A stretch of 64,000 nt of DNA, from NCBI GenBank assembly GCA_002269645.1, contig NIVC01003730.1, positions 15,945 to 79,944 of the forward strand, in the 5' to 3' direction. The translations under genes and the position numbers were made by a program. The DNA comes from Macrostomum lignano (Eukaryota). The notes beneath the pieces are model-generated. The model saw only the letters and a list, made by a program, of their open reading frames with translations, had not been told where the DNA came from and searched no databases. Below, piece by piece: positions 50,776 to 62,173 of the stretch (position 1 is the first letter of the stretch; each line of letters starts with the position of its first letter).

Positions 50776-53081
50776 ATGGCTAACGAAATGCAGTCTTCAG
50801 CTGACCAAGAAGAATTTAATGAAGAGAAGCAACTTCCCGCAACTGCCATGACTGTCATTAGTGGCAATCGTCACCTGTTATACTTTTGTCACCTGTGCAG
50901 CTTTGCTGGTGAGATTTGGTTAGATTTGGTTAGATATCCGAAATCACATTTCTAATAGATCTGAGTTTCTCGACCATTTTTTCTCTGTATTCTAGTGGGC
51001 TAGTGGTCTTTAGCCACCAGAAATATCTGCAACATAGTTCTGTATACAGTTGCAGATGTATGTCTTTGTCTGCACAACTGTGTCGTCACCACAGATACTA
51101 AAATAACTAGATGGGCCACTCAGGCACAAATACTTAGTAAAACTGCTTTCTACTTTCAGTTCAGTAGCAAAGAAGAATACATAAGCTATTTTATAAAAAT
51201 AAAGGCAGCTGAAATGACCTTGATAAGTTTTGAAGCCCAAGCTTGCAGCTAGCCGTAAACAACTTGCTAATTGGTTCAGCAATAATGTACATTAGCCACT
51301 GAAATGTACATGCCAGCTTTAGGCTGGAATTAAAAAAAACAATAAAAACTGGCGCGGGGCGGGGGTAGTGTGGAAAGGCGCGGGTGGAGGGTTTAAGTTT
51401 GGGGTAGAAGCCAATAAATGAGCCTTGTCTTCAAGACTACATTAAAATGCTTCAGTTTAACTTACTACTGAACTGAAAGTAGCTTGCGCGCAAATGTGCT
51501 GAGTGACCCATCTATTTATTCTAGTGTCTGTGATCGTCACCGACTCACCTGGCATTGAGTCAAGCGTATTAGCTTTTATTTTCTGTTTGTATAATTTCTC
51601 GGATCTCCATAGCAAACATTGCAAGAAGCGAAGCGCCAGGCTAGGTGGGAACAGAATACATTTAAACAAAACACTTTAATCTAGGAGACTGGTCTCATCT
51701 TGAAGGAATTTCAATCCGCTAATTGCCTGGTTGAATTCTGTTTTTGCCAATATTTATTTAATGAAAGGCAGAAACACTGCTCTGTCTGGTGCGGCAAAAT
51801 TAGCAGCAGAATTTTTCTTTCGACGACTGGTTTAACTGATACAGTATTTGTCTTCAATTTGTAGAAAATAGCCATTTTTCTGCAACAAAAAACCCTTTCC
51901 TCACTCATTGGTGCCCGCAGGAGACGCGCACAATGCAAAACTAAACAGAAGTAGATCCGCTTTGTTTCAATCCATTTATCATGATTGCACAACGCTTCCT
52001 CCGATTGCACAAAGCTCACTCAACTCAAAGCAGTCACGTGATTCGATCTCAGCTGCCCCACACATCTTCCCAACCCTGCCATCACACGTTCAAACGCAGC
52101 ATTCAACAACTTTACCTCCCAGGCGCCACTCAGGAGGCCTTCAAGGAGCACATGGCCACTCACTACGAGTTCCAATGCCCGGCGTGCGACTACAAGTCGC
52201 GCACGGACGGCCGGCTGAGGCGCCACCTAAAGGACTTCCACTCGGAGGTGCCACCGGACAGTTACTCGGGCAAGGCTGCGCCGTCTCGCCAGAAGCTCCA
52301 CCGCTGCCGCCAGTGCAGCTTCGTGACGGACGACAGGTCTGAGTTCTGGCAGCACTCGCGCAGTCACATCAAGTCGGAGAGGCAGCTCGAATGCCCCAGC
52401 TGCCCGTTCGTCACTGAGTACAAGCATCACCTCGAGTATCACATCCGCAATCACCTGGGCTCGAAGCCATTCAAATGTCCGAAGTGCAACTACCAGTGCG
52501 TGAATCGGTCTATGCTGAATTCGCACATGAAGTCGCACACGAACGTGTACCAGTACCGCTGCCTGCACTGCAGCTACGCCACCAAGTACTGCCACTCCCT
52601 CAAGCAGCACCTGCGCCGTTTCGGACACCGTCCGGCAGCTGTGCTGAATGCCGATGGCAGTCTGCCGAAACCCGGAGCCCAGAGCCACTCTGCATCGGCC
52701 AGGAGGATCCAACAGCCACAGCCGCCGCCACCGCCGCCACCTCAAGCACCGCCTCCGCCACTGCTGCCGCCGCCACCGCCGCTGCCGCCGCTGTGCCCGC
52801 CGCCGCCGCTGCCATTCCTCGGGCCGATCCTGCCTTTGCATGTGCCGCTGGATTTGACTGCAAAGCCGCCAGGAGGAGGCGGCGATAGTCACAGTCAGCC
52901 TTCGATAGTTCAACGCTGCGAGTGCCATTTCTGCGGCATCGCGTTCAATGAGCCGCTGATGTTCGACCTGCACATGGGCTACCACGGCTTTGAGAACCCA
53001 TTCAAATGCAACCGCTGCGGCTGCGAGGCCCGCGACCGACTGGAGTTTTTTGTCCACCTGGTGAGCAGCGCCCACTGCTGA
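50776..53081 (+). CDS. hb: Hunchback C2H2 zinc-finger transcription factor, ~363 aa. Exons 50776-50908 and 52123-53081.
   Basis: Central cluster '[67 protein letters not shown]'; C-terminal pair 'C..CGIAF...MF.LHMGYHG..NPFKCN.CG'; PLDLT motif. A phase-1 splice completes finger 1 ([10 protein letters not shown]|[13 protein letters not shown]). A further upstream exon is possible via the acceptor at 50747. Confidence 0.93.
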
Positions 53082-53899
53082 GCCGAGCAAGCAACCGAGA
53101 CTATTAGAGCGTCCTGACGTGATACTAAAACCTCGTTTTACTCCACGAGCACAAGAGCTCGATAGTACTCATTTAATACATAGAGTTTTTGTTTTTAAAC
53201 AGATTTCAACAATCAACAATGGATAAATAATAATCAGCGGTCCCAGCACGTGACAACTATTGTCTGGCAAGCGCCGGTAGGCGCGAGCCATAGACAAATC
53301 GTTGTCACGTGCTGCGACCGCTGATTTTTTGCATTGTATCGCTATTGGACGATCAAATCGTATGCTATGGTAGAGTGTATTCATACCCTTCTCTCTAGCC
53401 TATTTGACGATATTAGCATTGAGGATTACCATAGACAAAACTAGGTTCAATGCCGAATGGCAAACAAACAATGAATTGTAACGCATAAAAACTACAAATA
53501 ATGATCGTCAAATTGCTATACAATGTAATCGTGCAGCATTAATCGCCCCTAGTTAATTACCCTAGTTTCTTAAACCCCTAAAGTAACTTGTACGCTTGTA
53601 CCCCTCTACACGCAATTGAATAATCAAATCAGTCACATCCTGAATGCACGACGTTCTGCACCGTACTCTTTAGTCTGCGCACGTATTTTATGCGGCACTA
53701 AGCACCCTGGGTCAGAAATTAGTTGAGGTAAATACATTAAACAATAGTATCTTCAGTCTCCAGGATGCTATCATTTTACGTTAAAACCTATGAAAGACAG
53801 CTCTTTCAAAAATGACTGTACAAAGCGGCATGGAGAATTACAATTAAAATTTAGTTTATGCATTACTTAATGTGTAATAATTATAATATTATTAATTTG

Positions 53900-54168
53900 T
53901 GCAACCGACAGCTCAGCCGCAGCTACTGCGCGGCGCATCTGAAGGCTGCGTACACGGCTGTTCAGTCCAAAAGACTGGGGGTCTCCACAAACACCCTCAA
54001 TTACCCCAGCTAATGCATATTACAGATGGGTGAACTGAAGCGATGCAGAGTTAAGTGGTAAGTGTCTTGCTGAAGGACACAAATTGTTCCAGTAGGGATC
54101 GGGAATCGAACCCCCGACCTTTAAGTCGTGAGTCTAACGCTCTAACCACTAGGCTAAAACCCCCCTCA
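53900..54168 (-). mobile_element. tRNA-derived SINE, copy 3
   Basis: Minus-strand TAGCCTAGTGGTTAGAGCG A-box and GGTTCGATTCC B-box (54103-54112). Body matches copies 1 and 2. Confidence 0.85.
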
Positions 54169-54169
54169 C

Positions 54170-55433
54170 AACCCTCACTAGACTACAACCCTTCACTAGG
54201 CCAAAACCCCTCACTAGACTACAAACCCTCACCAGACTACAACCCCTCACCAGACTACAACCCCTAACTAGACTAAAACCCCTCACTAGGCTACAACCCC
54301 TAACTAGACTACAACCCCTCACTAGGCCGAAATCCCTCACTAGACTACAACCCCTCACTAGGCCAAAACCCCTCACTAGGCCAAAAACCCTCACTAGACT
54401 ACAAACCCTCACTAGACTACAAACCCTCACCAGACTACAACCCTCACCAGACTACAACCCCTCACCAGACTACAACCCCTCACCAGACTACAACCCCTCA
54501 CCAGACTACAACCCCTCACCAGACTACAACCCCTCACCAGACTACAACCCCTCACCAGACTACAACCCCTCACCAGACTACAACCCCTCACCAGACTACA
54601 ACCCCTCACCAGACTACAACCCCTCACCAGACTACAACCCCTCACCAGACTACAACCCCTCACTAGACTACAACCCTCACCAGACTACAACCCCTCACCA
54701 GACTACAACCCCTCACCAGACTACAACCCTCACCAGACTACAACCCCTCACCAGACTACAACCCCTCACCAGACTACAACCCCTCACCAGACTACAACCC
54801 TCACCAGACTACAACCCCTCACTAGACTACAACCCTCACCAGACTACAACCCCTCACCAGACTACAACCCCTCACCAGACTACAACCCTCACCAGACTAC
54901 AACCCCTCACCAGACTACAACCCCTCACCAGACTACAACCCCTCACCAGACTACAACCCTCACCAGACTACAACCCCTCACTAGACTACAACCCTCACCA
55001 GACTACAACCCCTCACCAGACTACAACCCCTCACCAGACTACAACCCTCACCAGACTACAACCCCTCACCAGACTACAACCCCTCACCAGACTACAACCC
55101 CTCACTAGACTACAACCCTCACCAGACTACAACCCCTCACCAGACTACAACCCCTCACCAGACTACAACCCTCACCAGACTACAACCCCTCACTAGACTA
55201 CAACCCTCACCAGACTACAACCCCTCACCAGACTACAACCCCTCACCAGACTACAACCCTCACCAGACTACAACCCCTCACTAGACTACAACCCTCACCA
55301 GACTACAACCCCTCACTAGACTACAACCCTCACCAGACTACAACCCCTCACTAGACTACAACCCCTCACCAGACTACAACCCCTCACTAGACTACAACCC
55401 TCACCAGACTACAACCCCTTACTAGACTACAAT
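54170..55433. repeat. 17/18-bp minisatellite (CAC[C/T]AGACTACAACCCCT), ~70 copies, abutting the SINE head
   Basis: Period 18 (54483, 54501), with regular 17-bp variants. Confidence 0.97.
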
Positions 55434-58113
55434 TTTTAGATTCCTCCTACTGTATACTAGAGTATATACTACAGCATCGTGAAAATTTTTTATTTTTCAG
55501 TTTTTTTCAGATAAATTAATAATATGAGATTGGGTCGCATATTTAAGAACTTGAATAAGCAGGCAGTTAAAGTACATTAAATTGTATTATATGGCTGCTA
55601 TTAATTTTTTTGTGCTGTCATTCTACTCTATGATGTATAGTGTATAACGAGTTCAATAAAATTCTATGAAATATTTAAAGAAAACTATTTATACTACTTA
55701 AATCAGTAGGTACACTACTTAAATAGTGTCTCATTTGTTAAAATAGCCTGCAAAGTGTGAAAGCGGCATTCGAAAAACTAAGAGACTAAGTCTAAGACAC
55801 AACAAAAGACACGACACAGTTTCTGAGGCACTAAAAGAGGTCCTCTCCAAACACCAAGCAAGACTCAATGATGACTCCGCAAGAGCCTAGCATACAACTT
55901 TGTGCATGAGTTTAGGGTCTTTCGTCATGAAAAAACCAGATACGTATCATCTTAAAATCCCAATTAATCCTTGGCATCTCAGCAACTCCCCATGAGCCTA
56001 AGTATTTCAGCAATCCCCCTACGAGCCTTGACATCTCAGAAATTCCACTATCTACCGAAAGCGACAGTATTCGTATTCATAACACGGCTACGAGCATAGA
56101 AATAGTTGTAAAAGGCAGCATCACAGAAGATCTTGGGAATATTTGATGCCAATTTTAGAACCCCGCCAGCAGCTCTGTAGCAAAAGCTTTTAAGCCTGGG
56201 GGGGCGAACAGTTCTTGGGAGCAAACAACTCCATTTCACCACTGCAATGGAGATGAAAAACGAGGACCTGCAGGTTCAGTGAAATTTTTCGTGTAAGCGA
56301 GTGAATTTAGGAGCAGAATAGCAGCAGCAGCCATGCTTTACAGCCAAAAAATCGATACAGACTCCACTTTCTGCTTTTGGCTAGAGCGAGTAGGGAGGGC
56401 GGCCTGAGTACCGCTCGCACAATTGGCTCGCTCCGGCCTCTTCCGCCTCCATTTTCCACTGCTGACAGTCAAACCGGCATAAATACCCCGAATTTTTGCC
56501 GAGAAATATCCCTTGTCTCTGACCAGGAGTTGGATCAACTACCAGTCACTGTATCGGACAACGGTCAGATAAAAAGCCAATGGCATTCACAACGTCCACA
56601 GGCTCTGCGGCGACAGCTGCCAAGAGGCTTCAGCAAATGACCAGGTAGGCTGGTTGTTCCTGTATTTCCCTAATCTGTCAGAGCTCGTTAAAATAATTAG
56701 TCCAATTTGGTTCCATCCAGGCCTATTTAGGTACTCATACAGGTAGGACCCGTCTCTCAACACCACTTCAAGTGCGTCATCTCCCCAAACGTATTAAGGT
56801 ATTGTAAGAACTGATTTAGACCTATCAGATCCCATCAGTTGGGTTACCGTTCGATGTGGCCCACTCGTACAGTTGAGGACCTATAGTATGGAGACCTTTA
56901 GGGGCCGTAGCCCAGTGGTCTGGCGCGGCGCTCTGATGTGGCAGCGGCCCAGGCTCGATTCCAAGTGCAGTCGCATTAATTTGGGGCTAAATTGGAATCT
57001 CGGCTTGGCTCTGCTCGTGCAATTAACGGCCTTGAAGGCCAACCCCCAAGGCGCAGTGAAGTGTACATGCCTAACAATAAAAGTTAGGGCCGCTGTACAC
57101 TCCTGTGTGAGTGTGTGCCTGTGCGTATGACTGCGTACGTATCCTTGCGCTTGTGTGCCTGCTCAGGGGAGTCGGCGGAATGGGCAGTAATGCCTCTCGC
57201 CGGTTGTGCGACAAAGTCGCTTGAAGTGCGCCAGGGTGCACACAGCCTTTAACTAAAAAATGGAGACCTTCAGTTGGAGCTCACGCTTGTTGAGTTCCCT
57301 CCAGTTCAGGCCTTCAGTTGAGGCTCAGTTTAATCAGCTTAGTTGGTATAATTCAGGTACACTGGTAAACTGCAAAGAACATTGGTACAGGTATTGCTCA
57401 ACGCTGACGAGATTATGACAGCCGCCAGTTGCCACTAGAGATTAATTTTTTTATTTTGCATGACAGGAATTCGACAGGTGAAGAGGAAAAAGATGTCACT
57501 TTGGGGAAATAAATAATAAACTCAACTATGGAGCAAAGCCGACATTGATTGTACTATGTACAATAATTCTTCAAAAGCCAGGACTTTTTTTGTTACAAGC
57601 TGGAACGTTGTGCTTTGGGAGTCAGGGAGCACAGCCAGGGTTTTGAAGAAAATACAATGCTCATGACGATGTTGTGACGTTGTGAACATGTTCTTGCATA
57701 AATGCTTATAACAGTGTTAATTTTTATTTGCTAGTAAAGGTAGGTTTCGCTCATTATCACAGAGTTCCTGTAGGACAAACGTCATTTTTCTACCATTTAC
57801 AATTTCTATTGATATTCCCTATAAGTATTCGCATTCACCATGAAAGCTGGCTGCCCGATTCCTTTTTGAGCACGTCTCACGCCTCCTGTTTCCCGGGCTC
57901 CCGCATCTCATCTCTCATTACAGGCCACCTGTTCCATTCCCAGGATCACTAAAGGCTTGTACTGCACTGGCTGTAGCTTTCAATTCCTGCTGTTCATGAT
58001 TGACAAGCAAGGTCTGGCGCAGAGAATTCCGCTTTTAATAGAAAGAAACCTTTGTGTGGCATCAGTATGCCTCCCCTGTTGCTGGGCGTCGGCGTGACTG
58101 AGCCAGTCATATA

Positions 58114-58518
58114 TACCTTTTTGCAATCAATTTCGTCGTTTTTGCGTTCAATTTCGGCCCGAGCGCTAGTGTGCAGTCTAAACAACTGAGCCATAGACAC
58201 TGGGCAACTTTTGCGTTCAAATTTCGGCAGCGCAATCACATGGGCCGCACTGTGGGCACAGTTCGAATGTTTTTGCCATAGACACTTTCTCACTCGATCG
58301 CATTCAGTGAGGGTGGGACAAAAAATTTGTCTCCTAAAGCAGGCCTATAGTCGTCTCCGCAAGTATGTTTGATGCCGTAAGCTGCCGAAATAGGACGCAA
58401 AAAGGCCGAATTTGAACGCAAAAGTTGCCCAGTGTCTATGGCTCAGTTGTTTAGACTGCACACTAGCGCTCGCGCCGAAATTGAACGCAAAAACGACGAA
58501 ATTGATTGCAAAAAGGTA
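58114..58518. mobile_element. MITE (405 bp) with ~115-bp TIRs and TA TSD (Tc1/mariner-like ends)
   Basis: TA|TACCTTTTTGCAATCAATTTCG...CGAAATTGATTGCAAAAAGGTA|TA; the inverted match extends to ~58228 / 58403. Confidence 0.82.
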
Positions 58519-59149
58519 TATTAAGTGGCCAATTTTTCGCTCGATTGTACACATTTAGAATGGCGGTTTCGCCTCAAGACTGCTCCTCAAGGTTGATTAA
58601 AGTTTTGTCTATGTCCCAGATCGATGCAGAATATAGGCGTAGGGCCTATGACTATATTTAATAACAGAAATGCCTCCAACATATTTTTACGGTTATTTCA
58701 CGTATCTTGCGTTCGTTTGGTGTCAAAAACTTTATTCAGCCTAATCAGGAAAATCAGGAAACTTTAATCAGGAACAATCTTGAGGTGAACCTGATCGGCA
58801 TTCTATGTGTGGAAGTGACCACTTTTTTATATTGATTTCGCACTTTTAGCTCGTAGTGTTTTTAGGATCAAAGTTCTAACCTAAAGCCTGAGGGTGCGGA
58901 GAAATGGAAACTGATGGGAGGATTAAGGAAAGGGAGATTAGCAGCTCGTCAAGGGAGGCACTAGAAAATAGAAGGATACCTCTTATGGTTTCGAGTGCCA
59001 TAGGAATACAGGCTAAAAAGTTCGACCATAGACAAAATGCCCAGGCCGAACACAGAAATCCATAAATCCCAATAAATCTAGCGATTTAGGAAATCTAGCT
59101 CCGGTAACAGCAAGAAAACGTCAGAAAAGATTGACAGGGAAGTGAACAG

Positions 59150-59674
59150 GGGGGTCTTTCTCGAAAGCAACTTACGATCGACCATAGACGTAAGTTGGGT
59201 AAGCTACACTTACGGGTTGCTCGAAGGGCTCGCAAGTTAGCTATGCGTAAGATTGATCGCAACTTTACGAGTTCGTAACTTTGCGCAAAAGACTGTTTCT
59301 CGAAACGTTCGTATGTCTATGGTCTTTCGTAAGGTTGATCTTAACCCTATGACTGCTCGGTATCAGTCGTAAGACGCACTTGAGCACTAATCGCATAGTA
59401 CGTGAAGCTTTAGTCAAGCCAAGTCAAGTTAAATTTTATCGAAGGTGGGTCTTTCTCGAAAGCAACTTACGATAGACAAAGTAAAGATATTTACAGATTT
59501 ATGACCATAGACATGCAACTTTTCGTTTCAGATACGACTTACGAACAGCGTAAGCCACGCAAAATCTAAGTGAGTTTTGAGAAAGCTTCTTACGAGCAAA
59601 CTTACGCTACACGTAAATTTCTTTCTTACGATCTAACTTACCATAGAACTTACGTGAGTTTCGAGAAACACCCC
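59150..59674. mobile_element. PIF/Harbinger-like MITE (~525 bp)
   Basis: Ends GGGGGTCTTTCTCGAAA...TTTCGAGAAACACCCC flanked by CAG/CAG (a 3-bp TSD if one homopolymer indel is allowed). An internal third TIR-like copy lies at ~59447. Confidence 0.6.
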
Positions 59675-59877
59675 CAGTAGCACCAAACACGCTGGATCTA
59701 CTCTCGTATTTCTGTTAAAGGTCTGTTAAGCGTGCTTGTAGGACTGTATTTGCACGGGTTTGAGTTGCTTAAGTCTGTCTCTAAGTGCATCGTGTGATAT
59801 TATTTAACATGAAGCTTTTCTTGGAATGTGCTGAATTCTCGATAACTCTGTCCATGTGATTCCATAGAGCCTTGAGT

Positions 59878-62173
59878 TCATTCCCATGGGGTAACAGCAT
59901 TCTCTGACTTTTCCCACGGCGTGACAGCATTCTCCGGGTTGTCGGCGGTCTCCCACGGTGTCACCTGATTATCGGGCGCAGTGACGACTGCTTGGAAAGC
60001 AGCACCTGAACTGCCAGCCGCCGCAGACTCCCATGGAGTCACGAGATTCTCGGAGCATTAGAGGCCACTGCCGCGCTCTCCCATGGTGTTACATTGTCAT
60101 CTGGCTGAAGTTCCTGCTTCTGCATCAGATTTTCCTGCTGAAGCTTTGAGGATGAAGGGTTGCTTGGGATTGCGGCCGTTTCCCACGGAGTCACAGGATT
60201 CTCCGGATTTCCCGCTGTCTCCCACGGCGTCACCTGGTTGTCTCCGGCCTCCCAAGGCGTGACCTCATCGGTGGTGCCTCGGTCAGCATAGTTGTAGGAA
60301 GTGGAAGCTCCACCACCGTTTTTCAAAATAGAGGCCTGCTGCTGCTGCTGCATCTGCACCACAACTACCGGGTTGCTGCGCATCGGCCGGTTGCCGTTGC
60401 TGCTGTTGGTCTCCGTGCTGCTCACAGTCTCGGTGCGGTTCTTGCTGCTGGAGCCGCCGCCTCCTGCCTGCTGCCGCTTGACGAAACTGAAAGCGTGCGC
60501 CGCCGCCGCCTTCTTCGTCTTGGCCAGCTCCTGTCCGTGTTTGTCTGTAGACGCCTGCAGAAGGCATTTGTAGTCCTCGGATCTGAGAAATCTCTGATAG
60601 CTGTCCTTCTTCATCAGCATGTAGATGTGCTCCTGCGCCTCCTCGAAGCTGAATCGCCCGGCTTCCTGCATGCCCCGCTGCGTGGCCGTCATCGTTCTGG
60701 AGTCGATGTTGATCTCGGACGGTGCGCCCGAGGCCAGGAACTCGGCGAAGATGCTGTCCATGCGAGCGTGCAGCTGGCTGACTGGCCCGAACTTGTAGTC
60801 CTGCACGGCCAGCCAGAAGCGCAGGTTCTCCGAGCTGAACTCGCGGGTCAGGAAGTGCCTGAAGTACTCCCGGCCGGCCGGATCGCGCAGCAGAAAGTCG
60901 AAACTGGTGCCCCATAGTTTCACCTGCCTTGGCGTCAGGCCGCTCTCCCCCGTGCCCTGACAGGAGTGGAATGCGGCTTGATCGTCCTGCAGCCAGGGAG
61001 ATCCGGTCTGCACTGCCGGGGTCCCAGTCTGGTCCTCGCTGCCCGAAGCTCCGGTAGCCGCAGCAGCAGACGACGCCGCCGCTGCTGCAGCAACTGCTGC
61101 CTCAGCGGCAAATGCTGGGCATTCAAAAACCAGTCGAACGATTTAGTCAGCTCGTAGCAACTCACAATGATGTCCATTGACTTGTGAATAGCCGTCGCAA
61201 TGTTGTTGGAGGTGCAGTTCGCGCCAGTGCTCTGCAGGGCGGCCTCCTGCTGCTGGAGCTGCTTCTCCCTGCGCTGTTGCATGTGCTGGTCATGCTGCTG
61301 CTGCTGCTGCTCACGCCCGCGGGCCATCCGACGCTGCATCTGGACGTCGTTAAAATGGCGCTGCAGCGGATGATCGACCGGGTTCATATAGCCGGGAGGC
61401 GGGCGGTGCACTCGCCAGTAGGCTCGCTCCTGAGTGGAAAGTTTGAAGCAAACTGGTTGTTCTAAAGAAGAGTTATGTACCTGGATTACAAACTTACACC
61501 AAACTTTTACATCATTACACTTCAGCTAGCTAAGCCAATATCGAACCGGGCAATTCCAGACCCGCATCACCTGCATTTCCAGCACCATTCGGTCGTTCTT
61601 CTTCCTCTCCCTGGCCAGTTTGAGTTCCTCCTCGGCCTGCAGCGCAATAAACTGCCACCGATCTGCCAGCAGCTTCTGCAGTCTGGTCAGTGCAGTCTTC
61701 TCGTACTCCTCGAAGCCGCTCTTCTGCTTGCTGCGAATCATTCGCTTTGTCAGGTAGATAGCGTAATCAACGTTGTCCGGCCTACCGGACACGGACAGCC
61801 AGAAGTAGGGCGCCTGGAAGCGGTACAGGCTGGTCGAATCGTCCTTCACTAGCAGCGAGTGGCCCTCGGCCAGCGGATAGACATAGCCGTACACAGCTAG
61901 GAGGTGGGCAATGTGCGCCGCTTCCTCGGTGGCGTCGCCAGCGGTAGTCAGGCGGTCTCGAATCCAGCCGATGAGGTCGCTGCCGCTGACTGCGGCCGGA
62001 ACGGTGGACAGGAACGCCTTCTGAGCTTTAAAGGTGACACCAGTGTCTGGATGTTGCATCAGCTCGACAAGGTGCTCAAGTCGGCGCACTACGGACAAGT
62101 GTCGATACACGTCAGCGGTAGTCAGCGGAGCCTGCTCGACAAACTCGTTGCCATGGGAAACGGATTTTGCCAT
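59878..62173 (-). CDS. R7-family regulator of G-protein signalling (DEP-DHEX-GGL-RGS), RGS9/RGS11/EAT-16-like, with a VTPWE-repeat tail. Exons 62173-61571 and 61429-59878; 1-bp frameshifts at ~61118 and ~60051.
   Basis: DEP/DHEX 'GSDLIGWI...LYRFQAPYFW...DYAIYLTKR...EEYEK...Q|ERAYWRVHRPPPG'; GGL remnants 'FDWFL...SPWLQDD'; RGS box 'WGTSFDFLLRDPAGREYFRHFLTREFSSENLRFW...EINID...MKKDSYQRFLRS'. Confidence 0.9.

Noticed and set aside
53082-53500. Nanos response element in the hunchback 3' UTR (GTTGT 53301, ATTGTA 53333)
   Set aside because: Box spacing is 27 nt rather than ~5, there is no clear TGTAHATA, and the region overlaps repeat-like sequence.
54095-54160. tRNA gene candidates (also 15284-15345, 30945-31005)
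   Set aside because: A/B boxes are present, but the stems are imperfect and followed by a shared SINE body.
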